Shown piece after piece: positions 48,928 through 63,216 of a DNA stretch of 64,000 bases (its first letter is position 1; each line of letters opens with the position of its first letter). The stretch is from assembly GCA_951406725.2 (NCBI GenBank), contig OX597836.1:29140001-29204000 (forward strand), in the 5' to 3' direction. Source of the DNA: Octopus vulgaris. Its lineage: Eukaryota. The translations under genes were made by a program, and so were the position numbers. The notes beneath the pieces are model-generated. The model worked only from the letters and a program-made list of their open reading frames with translations, did not search any database and was not told the origin of the DNA.

Positions 48928-49972
48928 CTGTAAAACATGACAAAATTCCATGTAGAGGAAAAAGCAATAAAACTAATAAAAAGTGAAATAAAAAAAGGAA
49001 AAAAAGATAAATGGATTAAGAAGCTGATAAATGAACTTAGAAGTACAATTTTGGTGAGGGAAGATCTGCCAATAGTTGCTGAATGAAATGATTTTAGTAA
49101 TCTTTTACTCTTTTACTTGTTTCAGTCATTTGACTGTGGCCATGCTGGAGCACCGCTTTTAGTCGAGCAAATCGACCCCAGGACTTATCCTTTGTAAGCC
49201 TAGTACTTATTCTATTGGTCTCTTTTGCCGAACCACTAAGTTACGGGGACGTAAATACACCAGCATCAGTTGTCAAGCGATGTTGAAGGACAAACACAGA
49301 CACACAAACATATACACATACACATATATACATATAGATATGATGGGCTTCTTTCAGTTTCCATCTACCAAATCCACTCACAAGGCATTGGTCGGCCCGA
49401 GGCTATAGTAGAAGACACTTACCCAAGGGGGACTGAACCCACAACCATGTGGTTCATAAGCAAGCTACTCACCACACAGCCACTCCTATGCCTATAAATC
49501 TGTAAATTATATTTGTTAAGTATTTGAAGTTGTTTCTTCAGCCAAGAAATGAAGACAACCAGAGTGCGAACTAACTGATCATTGATTAAATCTTCAGTAT
49601 TCAGATCTCTCTGTCAAAAAATGACATTGTAAGGTATGTGTGAGAGGCCAGGACTGGCTGGTTTGAGCATAAAAACAGGTAGAATATTTGGGTCAGATAT
49701 GGCCAGTTTAAGCCTTTAGATTGAGATTACTCTTTCAAATGTAATGCTTATTTATTCATACTATTTTGAATTAATCATGGCTTATCTCACAGCTCTGAGA
49801 TTTTGATGACACGACTGTATATTTTTAGAAAGAAATTTAGGGTAGGTGTGAGAGGCCAGATCTGGCCAGCTTGAACATAAAAGATGTGGAACATTTGAGC
49901 TGGATATGGCCTGTTTAAGTGCTAGAGGGTTAATACAGACCTACAGATACTGGTGGAGGAATTGTCATCACT

Positions 49973-50201
49973 TTAACCCTTTTGTTACTGTATTTATTTT
50001 GAGATGCTCTGTGTTTCTCTCAATTATTTTAGATATAACAAAGAATTTAGTAAAATAACTTAGTTATCATTCAGCTAGTGTTAGGAACATCAATTGTGAC
50101 TAAGGTTTGGTGGAAGATTTTAATTAAAAACTTAAGAAAACAAGACATTTGTACTACAGAGCCAGAGGCAGTTTCAGCCGGGTTGGTAACAAAAGGTTTA
50201 A
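49973..50201. mobile_element. piggyBac-like MITE, second family
   Basis: TTAACCCTTTTGTTAC ... GTAACAAAAGGTTTAA. Confidence 0.6.
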
Positions 50202-50477
50202 ATCACCTCAATTGTGGACTGTTAATTATTTAATCAACCTCAAAAGGATGTGAAATTACAATGTAAAAAAATTATGTAGCTAATACCACAAGGTATTTTT
50301 GTCTGGTTCCATATTCCTTGATGATAATAATTTCAAATGTAAGAACTACACAAGGAATTGGACTGGAAGTAGCAGTTGATTATAAGTCTATTACTTGAGC
50401 AAAAACTTATTTTATTAATATTTCGTTTTTGGATTTGGTTTGCAAGATTCTTTATATGAGTTCATGTGTTGAAGCAT

Positions 50478-50747
50478 ATTCTGTTGTGTCTGGGGAGAGT
50501 CATTTTCTTTTTGTGCCTTATAATTTAACACACTCACCAGTAAAATTTCCACTTATTCCTTATTTTTATTTTCCTAAACTTTTCGTTGTCTTGCAACCTT
50601 TCCAGTAGTCAAGACTATTGAAAAGGTTGCAAGATGTAACAAAAATTTTAGGAAAATAAAAATAAGAAATAAGTGGAAATTTTACTGGTGAGTGTGTTAA
50701 ATTATAAGGCACGAAAAGAAAATGACTCTCCCCAGACACAACAGAAT
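50478..50747. repeat. Near-perfect ~270 bp palindrome (arms ~135 bp, loop of a few nt)
   Basis: ATTCTGTTGTGTCTGGGGAGAGTC...CAGTAGTC-AA-GACTATTG...GACTCTCCCCAGACACAACAGAAT; flanked by the direct repeat TTATTTTATTAAT (50407, 50747). Confidence 0.9.
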
Positions 50748-53364
50748 TATTTTATTAATGCTAGATGTATGAATGGCAAAGATGATCTTTGTGAGTTTTG
50801 AACTCAGAATCTAAAGATTCAGAATAAATATCATATAACATTTTGTTTGACGCACTCACAATTCCAGCAGTCTACTAATATGCTGATATAAGCATAAAGT
50901 CTGCAATATTGTGGGTGTGGAGACAGTAGTGATTAAATGAACTCCCAGTTTTCGCTTGGTACACTATTTTGTTGACCCTAGAGGGTGAAAGGCAAAGCTG
51001 ACCTTGGCAGGATTTGAACTCAGAATGGAAAGAGCCAAAACAAAGACCTTAAAATATTTTGTCTGATGCTTCAGTGATTCTGCTTATTCTAACCCTATAA
51101 CTGCAAAATCAAATTTCATGGTTATTCACAGTAACGATGCTAAATATAGGATTGGTATTTTCTGCAGGTCACGCTGCCTCACTAAACTTGGCATATTTCA
51201 ACAGAAAATAGTTTAAAACATGACATTCTTTAACAAGAGACAGACTAAGATACAAAATTGCTTTCTGCAGTTAAGAGCAATGAACTTTTGAGTGGATATA
51301 TCTGACTTCTGAAGTAAAAGGGTTAAAATAGGAGACATTTAGTTTTTCTGGAAAAAAAAGTAGGACAGCCATTGTTGGAATATCTTTGATCACATATTTG
51401 GCGAGGTCCCTTGATCCTTTAACTCTCTTTACTCTTTACTCTTTTACTTGTTTCAGTCATTTGACTGCGGCCATGCTGGAGCACCGCCTTTAGTAGAGCA
51501 AATCGACCCCGGGACTTATTCTTTTGTAAGCCCAGTACTTATTCTATCGGTCTCTTTTGCCGAACAGCTGTAAAATTAAATTTCAAGGTTATTTCACTAA
51601 TCATGTTAAATATCTTCCAAAATATAGGATTGGTATTTTCAACAAGTCACGACATATCTCAACAGAAAATAGTTTCAGACATGACATTCTGCAACAAAAG
51701 AGGGATTGGGACATAAAACTGCTGTTTGCTGTTAAAGATAATGAATTTTTGAATGGATAAAATTTATGCAGGGGAAAGGTTAATGCTTGGGAAGTTGTTG
51801 GTATGAGAATCAAATTAGAATATTATATGCCAAATATTAAGAAGCTTCTACACACACACACACACACACATTTTTTTATTGTATCCTCACAAAGACCCTT
51901 TATCTAACTGACAGGCAATTATTCTACTACAATGTAGTGATCTATCCTCTATTTCTCTCTTCTTTTGTTAGAGTAGCTGTCTTCAAAAACTTTAACATAG
52001 GAAGTGGTGTGTCCCCAACCCAACCTGATTCCCTCTACACTACTCTCCTACAATAATAATAAGAATAATAATGATTTCTTTGTTAACTACAAGGGTTTAC
52101 ATCAAGAAAAACATTATGGATAGTACAGAACAAAACAAAGAATGTGTGTGTGTATGTGTGTGATTGTGTTGTTGTTGTGAGGGTTTTGCATGTAAACAAG
52201 ACTACTCTTTTACTTGTTTCAGTCATTTGACTGTGGCCATGCTGGAGCACCGCCTTTAGTCGAGCAAGTTGACCCCAGGCTTATTCTTCATAAGCCTAGT
52301 AATTATTCTATAGGTCTCTTTTTCCGAACCGCTAAGTTACGGGGACATAAACACACCAGCATCGGTTGTCAAGCGATGTTGGTGGGGACAAACACAGACG
52401 CACAAACATATATATACATATATACGACGGGCTTCTTTCAGTTTCCGTCTACTAAATTCACTCACAAGGCTTTGGTCGGCCCAAGGCTATAGTAGAAGAC
52501 TCTTGCCCAAGGTGCCACACAGTGGGACTGAACCCAGAACCATGTGGCTGGTAAGCAAAATTTTTTTAAATCAGCAATGTGTGATCCTCAATAGGGAGGA
52601 GACATTTGAGGGCTGCTCATGGAAAACTCCCATAAAAAAACCATGGGTACCCTGATTTTTTCCTTTCCTTTTTTCCAACTACAGACGTATGCAATAATAA
52701 TAAACAAGTGTCACCTTAGTCTGCTGGCTGTGGACAACTGACACTTTCAATCATACCCAGCAAAATAAGCTGAGATTTTGCATCAAATAATAATAAATGC
52801 CCTGATGCAGTTCTGGGCTGTGGCTCTCATGGCTTCTGATCTTAACTGATTGGAACTGTTATCATGTACATTGTTTTGTCTTGGTATAAAAGATGGGCTA
52901 CAGCAAATATTCTGCTCAATACCACAGATTTGCTTGTCAGTTGCTTGACCATAACCAGTTGAGTATATTCCTTAGTGGCTGACGATATGTGCATCTCTGA
53001 TCACGAGAAGGAGTAGTGGGGGAGCATCATAGCCATGTGTTAAGGGGAATTCTTTGGAGTTTGGACAATTCACCATTGGAAACATGGGTGTATCATTCAA
53101 CATCCTTAAACAACCCTTATTCAGGGACCTTTTGAGTGGGATGGGCTACTCAACCTAAAGAAAATTCTAACTGGGCCCTGCAAGGTCATGCGCCATTTAT
53201 CTTGATATGAGATCACCATGTTGTGCACATATAGTTGTGATGTATATGCCTGGTGTACCTTTATCAGACGGGTAGTTATGATGGGTATACTGGGCTTCGT
53301 ATATTTTACCCCAGTGTCACTTTGATGGCATGCGGTGCTCTCTCACTCAATAATAATGATGATG

Positions 53365-53401
<37 letters not shown>

Positions 53402-53411
53402 TAACAATAAC

Positions 53412-53445
<34 letters not shown>

Positions 53446-53614
53446 TTCTTTCTAGTATAAATACAAGATCAGGAATTTACTTCCCAACAATATAGTTCTG
53501 GGTTCAGATCCATTATGTGATACCTTGAGCAAGTATCTTCTACAATAGCAAAGGGCAAACCAAAGCCTTGTGAGTGGATTTGGTAGATAGAAAATGAAAG
53601 AAACCTATTCTATA

Positions 53615-54425
53615 TCTATATATATCTCTCTATATATAAACGGCAGTTTGTCTGTCTGTGTGTCTGTCAGGTTGTACCCTCACCCTGACCACGGCTTTCA
53701 ACCGATTCTGATGAAACTTGACACACACATAGCCCAATGTCATAATTCAAAACTAACGCAGCGAAAATTTTGAAAAGTTCCCCCAGTTCTGAAAAAAAAT
53801 CGATAAATTCAACATGGGTTGAGAATCTAAGCTTTTTATATGCAACACATTTTCTACAGACCGTCTAGGGAACGCAACTCGACCTTTTTAACTCTCGGAA
53901 CATGTTGGGTAAGTATCCCAAAATGTATAAAAATGTACAAAAACGGCAAAAAAGCTGGCAGCAATGTGAGTGACAACAACGAAAAAGTCAAAAGTGACCA
54001 AACTGAACAAACGAATGAAAAAGGTTTTTTGGTGCACACGACAAAAGCGGTTTATAATAAACCAAGAGTTTGCAAGTAGTGTCCGAGGACCCTTAGGGTA
54101 CGTCAAAAATTTAAGGTAAAACGTTTGGGATGGTAGTTATAAAGAAAGTGTAAACAAAAAAAGTATTCGAATAACTTGAGGCTGCAGCAGCTATTAGCAG
54201 AAGTAAAGTAAAGTTGGGGGTAAAGTCTCGAATGTAATTTCTTCCTGTTAGGAATTGGTTGGGTTGAATTATCGATAGCTGTTTGATAGTTATTTGGGAG
54301 TGAAGAGAAGAAATTGCAACCTACACATGCGCCTTCGTTCCCTAGAGGGAAATGACTAGATTGGGATTAGTCGTTGCCTACTAGGGGCTCTTACATACCC
54401 GGGCAACGCCGGGCTATGCTGCTAG
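53615..54425 (+). mobile_element. Non-autonomous Helitron, copy 2, inserted in the (TA)n tract of a SINE
   Basis: TC 5' end; first ~250 bp similar to copy 1; hairpin CCCGGGCAACGCCGGG; CTAG|T end. Confidence 0.8.
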
Positions 54426-57400
54426 TATATATATATATATATGTATTTGTCTATGTTTTTACGTGTGTGTGTTACTGTCTCTTTGGCTTGACATCACATG
54501 ATAGCTGTAAGCAAGCGTCACTGTCCTGCAAGCAGAGTTCTTTGTTTCCAATCTTCTGAGACATGTTTTGGTGTTGAGGAGATATGTCCTTACTTAGAAA
54601 CAAAAAATGATTGGAAACAGGAAGGGCATCTGGCTACAGAAAATTCATTTGATTTATGCAAGCATGGAAAGATGGACATTAAACGATGATGAGGGTTGTA
54701 ATGATGTGTATGACCAATTTTTGCCATGATTTTACAGAAAAATCTTTCACCAAAATGAAATCTTTTGTCAAACTCACACACACACACGGTTTTCTTCCTT
54801 TTTCTCATTGATCTTTTTTTTCTATCTTTTTATCTTTTACTTGTTGCAGCTATCAGGCTGTGGCCATGCTGGGGCACCACCTCGCAGAATCTTAGTTGAA
54901 CAAATCAACCCCAGTAATTATTGTTTTAAAATCTGGTACTTGTTCTATTGGTCTCTTTTGCCAAACTACCAAGTTACAGGGCCATAAACACATCAATACT
55001 GGTTGTCAAGCAATGGTAGGGGACAAACACACACACACACTCACATGATGGGCTTCTTTCAGTTTCCATCTACCAAATTCACTCACAAGGTTTTGGTCAG
55101 CCCAAGGCTATAGTAGAAGACACTTGCCAAGGTGCTGTGCTGTGGAACTGAACCCAGGACCATGTGGTTAGGAAACAAACTTCTTACCACACAGCCCTGT
55201 TAAGCCCAAGCTGTAGCTTTAGTTGTCTTTCTTGTTTTGCATTATGTATTTCAGAATCATTATCATGCCAGGTCGACTTTGCTTTTCATCCTTTCGGGGT
55301 CGATTAAATAAGTACCAGTTCCGCACTGGGGTCGATATAATCGACTTAATCCGTTTGTCTGTCCTTGTTTGTCCTCTCTGTGTTTAGCCTCTTGTGGGTA
55401 GTAAAGAAATAGGTATTTCACCCATCTTCACGTTCAGAGCTCAAATTCCTGTCAGTTGAGTACTGGGGTCAATGTTATCGACTTAACCCCTTCCCCACAA
55501 ATTTCAGGCCTTGAGCCTTTAGTAGGAAGGATTATGTATTTACTTAGGCTGTGTTCTCTAACTAATTTTACAAGCAAAGCAGAATTGTTTAATAGTTTTC
55601 CCTGTTTTGAAATAAGAAGTCATTATTTTCATTGTCCATTGAACTCCCCCCTTTTAATCAGAACCTGTTTTTCTATTGTAGAGTGCTGGACGAACTAGTT
55701 ATACTTTATACAAAAAAAAAAAGGAGAAATTTGCAAATATTCACATAGGATGAACAAAGCATGTTTGTGTAATGTTGTGTTTGTGTTTTGTGTTCCCAAT
55801 TTGTTTTCTTATCTCAGATGTAGACAAACATATAATACATCTTTTATTTTTCACTTGTTTCAGTCACTGGACTATGGCCATGCTGGGGCACCACCTTGAA
55901 GGATTTCTATTTGAATGAATCAACTTTGTTTTTAAGCCTGATGCTTATTCCTCTGGTCTCTTTTGCTGAGCTGCTAAATTATAGGACATAAACAAACAAA
56001 CACCGATCATCAAGTGGTGAGAGACAAACACATACACACACGCAATAAATGGAAAAATATATGGTATATATGTATATACAATGGGCTTCTTTCAGTTTCC
56101 CTCGACCAAATCCACTCACCCGGTTTTGATCAGCCCAGGTTTATAGCAGAAGAAACTTGCCTAAGGTGCCACATATTGGGACTGAACCTGGAACTCTTGT
56201 GGTTAGGAAGCAAACTTCTCACCACACAGCCACACTTGCAGATTTAACCCACACAAGCAATTTCAAGGTTGATTGCTCTGTCACAGACACTGAAGGACAA
56301 AAAGCCAAGTTGCAGGAACTGAAAAACCTTTCCATTAAAATGATGCCCTTCAGTGCAAATAGTTCTGGGTTCAGTCCCACTGTGTAACACCTTGGACAAG
56401 TGTTTTCTACCATGGCCCCAGGCCAACCAAAGCCTTGTGAGTGGATTTCGTAGATGGAAACTGAATGAAGCCGGTTTTATATGTATGTAACTATGTGTGT
56501 GTGTGTCTTCCACCACTACTCCACGAACCAATGTTGGTTTGTTCATGTCCCTGTAACTCAGTGGCTTAGCAAATGAGACAGACAGAATAAGTATGAGGTT
56601 TTAAAAAATACAAGTACTGGGGTTGATTTGTTTGATTAAAAATCCTTCAAAGTGGTGCCCCAATGACTGCAACAAGTAAAAAGTAAAAGATACTACTGCT
56701 AGTCATCCAGCTTCAAATTGTGACTCATTGAGGTTCCAGAACTGCTTAGTGTTTTTAATTAGCCAAAGTGAGATGATGAATTGACAGTTCCATCAACTGG
56801 CAGTAACCTACTAACTGGATTGACTGACCCTAGACTGACCATTGGCTGAGAACGTTCTTTAACTCAGACAGTGGCGAGTAATTTCGACGAATTAAGATCA
56901 ATTCTTCACAGCTGACATGCTGTTCCCCTTGACTTCACTGTGACCCTGGCTCGGGAATTTATCGTCATTGAGTTTAACTCCTCTATCTATAAACTATTGG
57001 AAGGCCGTTGACTTTTACGAATTTTTCTGCCCTTTGATGGGTTTAGTTTTTCATCCCGGAGGGCGTCCAAATCACCCTTCTCATCAAGCAAGTTTGGTGG
57101 GTTGCTGGTTTAGTCACTGAAGACCCGACCATGCGACAGGTTGTATGGGGTTACAAGTTACCAGTAGCACTCGAGAGTGACCTGACATATAAAAGATATT
57201 AACAGAAAAACAAGATCTTAATGGAGTTTTTTTCTGGTAATTTGACAGCATATATTGTTCGTGTGTTGTAGAATAAATGTGTCCGGAATCAAAGTGCACA
57301 TCAATTATCATTTGGAATATAAAAATGAAATATTGTGAATGTTAATTTATCATCCATTCGTAAAACATATCCCCCCCCAAAAAAAAATTTAGAATATTAA

Positions 57401-58671
57401 ACGCCAAATATTAAGAAGCTTCTACACACACACACACAACATTTTTTTATTGTATCCTCACAAAAACCCTTTATCTAACTGACAGGCAATTATTCTACTA
57501 CAATGTAGTGATCTATCCTCTATTTCTCTCTTCTTTTGTTAGTGTTGCTGTCTTGTTAGTAGCTGCTTACCAACCACATGGTTCCCGGTTGAGTCCCACT
57601 GCGTGGCACCTTGGGCAAGTGTCTTCTACTATAGCCTCGGGCCGACCAAAGTGGATTTGGTAGACGGAAACTGAAAGAAGCCCGTCGTATATATGTATAT
57701 GTATGTGCTTGTGTTTGTCTCCCCAACATCACTTGACAACCGATGCTAGTGTATTTACGTCCCCGTAACCTAAAAAGAGACCGATAGAATAAGTACTAGG
57801 CTTACAAAGAATAAGTCCTGGGATCGATTTGCTCGACTAAAAGAGGTGATCCAGCATGGCTGCAGTCAAATGACTGAAACGAATACAAGTAAAAGAAAAA
57901 ATGCCGTGGAATCTTGTTGATTTGTTCTTTGACTTCATTGACTGCGATAGAAAACAGTTCATTTCTATTGTGAAAACGAGACCCCTAACAAACTGTTTCT
58001 TGAAGATCAAACACACCAAAAGTATTGGCTGAAACTAACCAATAAAAACTGAAGTCATGTAATTTTATCAGTCTTATTAATTTGGTTATGTTATAAAGGA
58101 ATTTCTTGTGGGACCGAAATCTAGGGCATAAAATCGGGCGACAGGGGCACGTGACAAAAAGCGCCTCAGAATTCCTATAACTGAATCATATATAAATATC
58201 TGTGTACATATTAGTAGCTGTCCCACAAGCGGACAAGAAAAACGAAAACTTTAGTAATAGGTTGTTAATCCTTTTTCTTTTAATTCTTTGTTAGTTGCTG
58301 TCGAGAGAAACATTTTTAGTAGGAACAAAACGACGAAGGGTTAAATAATTTATTACACATAAAAATCAAATTTGTTCGGATCTAGCTTGCGATGTCGCTA
58401 CATTTAGATGCTACAATCATTAACATGACAATTTTTCATATAATGTATGTTTGATATGGGACAGCGCAAACTTTCAAACTTTTACAAGCCAGAATCTTCG
58501 AAATGATGCAGTACCCCCACCCTCTCTCTCTTGTGTGTGTGTGTGATTATCAATGAGAAGGTTCACAAGACCTTCGATTCTACCATTTGGTCTAATCAAG
58601 TGTGTTTTCAATGAAAAATAGCTGCTGTATTGTTCACCACTGAAAATTTCATAAGTGTATAAGGATTTTCT

Positions 58672-58711
58672 GGCGATGTTACGGTACCGGTACTTATACC
58701 GTAACATCGCC
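58672..58711. mobile_element. 40-bp mini-MITE: perfect 15-bp TIRs, GG termini, perfect 8-bp TSD
   Basis: GATTTTCT|GGCGATGTTACGGTA-CCGGTACTTA-TACCGTAACATCGCC|GATTTTCT. Confidence 0.85.
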
Positions 58712-58825
58712 GATTTTCTTGTAAGTGTACAGAATCCGTGTATAATTACTTATACAAAATTATCCTGCAACTAGTCTGGCTGTTATTTAATATTTCGAAG
58801 AAACACGAATAACATTCCTAAGAGA

Positions 58826-58870
<45 letters not shown>

Positions 58871-59216
58871 TACACACACGCACACAGAGCTTTAGACTTG
58901 AAGTTGTAAACACTTTAAAAAGGGCAACTAGTGGTCGGAAAAGATAAATGACAACTGGTGATCTAAAGGATAGGAGTGGGGAAGAAAAAAAAACTCACCA
59001 TTCGATCATGGGAGGAAAGTCCACAAGAACAGTGAAACATTATAACCCGGCATCCACCGATACAGAAACACACACACACGCACACGCACACACACACACA
59101 CGCACACGCACGCACACACACACACACACACACACATTCACAGAGAAAGGCATTTCAGACATACAAAATTCATTCATATAAAAATAATAAAAGGATAAAC
59201 CAAAATAGCATAATAC

Positions 59217-59292
59217 CCATTTTTTCTATGAATTGACGGTAAGATTCCACATCTTCTTTGATTTCTGTCCATTTTCCAAGGAATACATCCAT
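59217..59292 (-). CDS. FABP-like B, exon 1: MDVFLGKWTEIKEDVESYRQFIEKM
   Basis: ATG at 59292; phase-1 donor G|GTATTA at 59216; 76 nt as in A; intron start homologous to A. Total CDS 414 nt = 137 aa. Confidence 0.88.
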
Positions 59293-59399
59293 CGTATAAT
59301 TTATATGATGTAAATAAATATATATTATATATTATATATTATATATGTATATATAGAAAGTGGGAGAGAAGGAGCACGTTGACTTTAAACACAGCCTGT

Positions 59400-59417
59400 C
59401 GCTTATAAGAGGGCGGC
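59400..59417 (-). promoter_or_regulatory. Candidate core promoter of FABP-like B (TATA-like TATAAG next to a GGGCGG box)
   Basis: About 110 bp upstream of the ATG; motif match only. Confidence 0.3.
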
Positions 59418-59526
59418 AATATTCTGTTAGTTGTTACTACTGACTTGTACAGTTGCGTCTACGCGATGAATAAACGTCAAGAATGAAGGAAGGAAAGTAG
59501 TGTTAACCATATACGATTTATATATA

Positions 59527-59561
<35 letters not shown>

Positions 59562-60846
59562 TTATATATGTGTGCGTGTGTAAGCATGTATGTGTGTGTA
59601 TGTGTATGCATGCATGCAAGCGCTCCCCTCCTCCCTACTTAATTACTCGGCTGAAATATCATATAACTCATGATATTTTGAATAAGCTGACTCCAACAAT
59701 AGATATTCTTTCAAGTTTTGGCTCAAGGCCATCGGTTTTGAGGGGAGGTGGTGAGTCGATTACACGAATCTCAATGCTCAGCAGATACTTTATTTTGTGG
59801 ACCCCGGGGTCAACAAAAAATAAATAAAGGGTAAAGTCAACCTTAGTGGTATTTGAACTTAGATCGTATGGACAATAGATGGCATAACTACAGATGTATA
59901 CCCACCGCCTGCTTTGTTGCCTCACAACTTTCAGAAAAATGGATGCTTTTTAACGAAATTTTCAACAAATAATCGCTTAGTTCCTGTAGATTGAGTTTAT
60001 GTAAAAAATTTGCTGGAAAAAGCTTATGAGACAACAAAGTCGGCGGGGTATTCATCTGTAGTTATGCCCAACAGATGATACCAACTGGCGCACAATCCCA
60101 TTGTCATTTCCAGTTCTTGATTGTCTTTGCAAGCACAGAAATTTCGAGATGCCAATTCGCAACCATTGACACCAAACCGGTCTTCTCGTTGCTACTGAAA
60201 TATTGGTTAATAACAACTCGAGACTCCTAATCGCTTTCTCTCTCACCCACAATTAAATCAAATCAACACTCAATCAAATTTCTATCCACACATCCATCTC
60301 TGCCCATTATTCGCAGAAGGGCTGTGGGCATCGAGTCCTCAGGCATCTCCTCTATATATGTCCATCATCTAAGGGAGTGCACTGGATGGCATATCCCCGC
60401 TCGCTATTCAATGGTACTCCTTCGGGTTTACGGTGAAACCCTTATTTCGAAACTCCACTTTAGCATTATTAGAAACTAGCTTAAAAGCCGTCGAATAGGA
60501 AGATCTGCAAACACATCTCTGACTTGTTTTGGAGAATTCTCCAGAGTTTTATCCCAATGACGATCATATTCGTCGCTAAAAATCATGTAAAAAAATCCCC
60601 GAAAACAACCGGAGTAATGAAAACATAAGGCCCCAAAATTTCAGGATTCGGCCCGGAATGTTTTTAATTTACTCACAGAATCAGTCTGATTCCAAAATGG
60701 TATATGTTGGGCTACGGCTTCAAGGAGTAAAGTTGAAAAAGTGTAACACTGACACCCTTGGGGAAACTGTACTTCAATTAAAGTGTATTTTATATGAGTG
60801 TGTGTATGTGTTGTGTGCGCACGCGTGTGTGTACATGTATATATGT

Positions 60847-60880
<34 letters not shown>

Positions 60881-63216
60881 TACAAATATAAAATGTATGT
60901 ATTAAAGAAAGCAAAAAAAAAACAAAAAAAAAACGAGTGTTCAGTAGTTCGTTCAGTATGTTGGCCACAGGAATTTCTGTCCAGGAAAGTTGTACATCAT
61001 CTCCATTTTTCTCTCATATACGCAAGTCTTTCTCTCTTATTATTATTCTCATTGCCACCATCAACACTATTACTTTTAATAAAACATCAGCTCTCCCTAA
61101 ATTTCTTTGTCTCTCTTTCTTCCCCTCTCTTTTTCTTTCTTTTTCTCTGTCTGTCTGTCTATCTTCGCCATCACCCTCACCGTCTCTATCCCTACTATTA
61201 CTGCCACCATAGAACGACGAAGTATCATTGAATAGCGAGGTGGGGTCAAAGTGTGACACACTGACACACAGAAATTAGTTTTCACATTTATTATATTAGA
61301 TTAGTACACCCCCCCTCCCCTCAAGCACCAAAGTCTGGCGACGGGCCTGCCTCACTAGGTCCAATCTGAAGCTACTGTCGTTACAGTTTCTCACCGTATT
61401 CCAAAGCGTGACTAAACGAGACTCTTGATATTATCTAACCATCTCATTCTTGGTCAACACCCAGGTCTTCTAGCTTGAAGAATCTATCTTGCGATTCTTC
61501 TCTGCTACATTTTAATCACATATTCGTAGTACTGGAACTGTGAGCTCTCGATCCGGAGAATAGCGGCTCGATAGTTCCTTTTACTTTTTGTTCAACCATC
61601 TATAGGTACTCTGGGGTCTTGCATAATCGCATTCCCCCACTTATCAATTTTTCAGATCTCCCCCGCCGCGTTTCTTTCTCCCATCCGCCACTTTTCTTCC
61701 CCCACCTGCCGCTTTTATCTCAGATTTTTTGCCACACCCTACATTTATAAATTTTTAAGATTCCCTCCACCCCCCACGCTTTTATTCCAATCTTATTTTG
61801 CTAATCTATCTCCGGTGAAATTTTATAGTAAGCTATTCGTATTGGTGCAACAGCTGAAGAACATTATCTCATAACTTATAAAATTGTAATGGCCGGTTGG
61901 GATATTATTAGATAAAACGAGAAGGGTGCAAGAGTGTTAGTGTGAGGGAACTGGAGTGGCAGAGGGAGAGTGACTAATATCAGTGAAGGGGAGAACAGAG
62001 TTGGGTAATGGACGAATATGAAGTGACAGAGGGATAATAACGTTAATATAGCTGTCACATACATGTGAGACGCTGCATACATACTTTCGTAAATACACAG
62101 ATACACGCGCACACACACACACACACACACACACAAATAAGTTTTGAAACGACGAGGAAGGGTAAGAGGGTGGGGATGAAGAATATATATAAATATATAT
62201 ATATATATAGAGATATATGACAAAAAAAACATCATAAGCAATACCATATGTTATAAACTAAATAGGATATATAAACTAATAACAAATAACTAATTCTGGT
62301 TTGAAAAAAAAAAGAAAACAAGGGGTGACAGCCTAGAAAATTATAAATAATGATTTCTCATTTAGGCACAAGGCCAACGATTTGTGGGGAGGGACAAGTG
62401 GATTAAAGCGTCCCAGTACATTACTCGTGCTTTATCTTATCGACCCTGTAAGAATGAAAGGTAAAGCTGACTTTAGGGGGATCGAACTCAGAACGTAACG
62501 GGTCATAACACTATGCTGCAAAGCACGTTGCCCGATGCTTAGGCACAAGACCAGCGATTTAAAGGGAAGGGCAAAGTCGATTAAACCGACTTTCGTTACT
62601 AGTACAAAATAACAAACTCTGAGAAATTTATTATTATTTTGACATAAATTGTTAATCAGCATGACAAAAAAAAAAAAAGAAAAGAAAAAGAACAAAACAA
62701 AAAATATGACAGGAATGGGAAGAGAATCTGGAGAGTTCTATTTGTTTTCATAACGCGTGAGAAAAAATATTTTATCCACGCTCATGCGGGTGAGCCTTCA
62801 ACATTTTAAAGGCATTGATAACTTTCAACCCTAAGAAGATCAATCATTTTGAGACACAACACATTTGCTTCAGGACACATAGAAAACAAGGAAATTGCTG
62901 TCAGAAAATATGCTTTACAACCAGCCAGAGTTTATAAAAACCTGAGGCTGGACAACTGCCCCAGTCTAAAACATATGCGTGAGTTTACTGCTACTCCGCA
63001 TTGTAGTCAACAAATCTTCATTTTCAATTTCCCAACGATTTCTCTACCAATCACCAACACAAATTCCACGCAAACTAAGAACTTCAATGACGAACTGTTT
63101 ATTCTTACAGGACAAGCTTTTTACGGAATAAGGATTTAACAACATCAACACGACTCCAATAATTTCTCTTTGAACTTTTTTTCATAACATCATGGCAGAG
63201 ATGTCTCACTCGTATT

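Noticed and set aside
53840-54106. Lys-rich ORFs inside Helitron copy 2 as a captured gene
   Set aside because: Short, compositionally biased, and no recognisable domain or splice signals.
60000-61560. Complex-looking sequence upstream of FABP-B with a ~25-bp inverted match (about 60396-60420 / 61221-61245)
   Set aside because: No sustained ORF, TSD or recognisable family; probably old transposon debris that I cannot classify.
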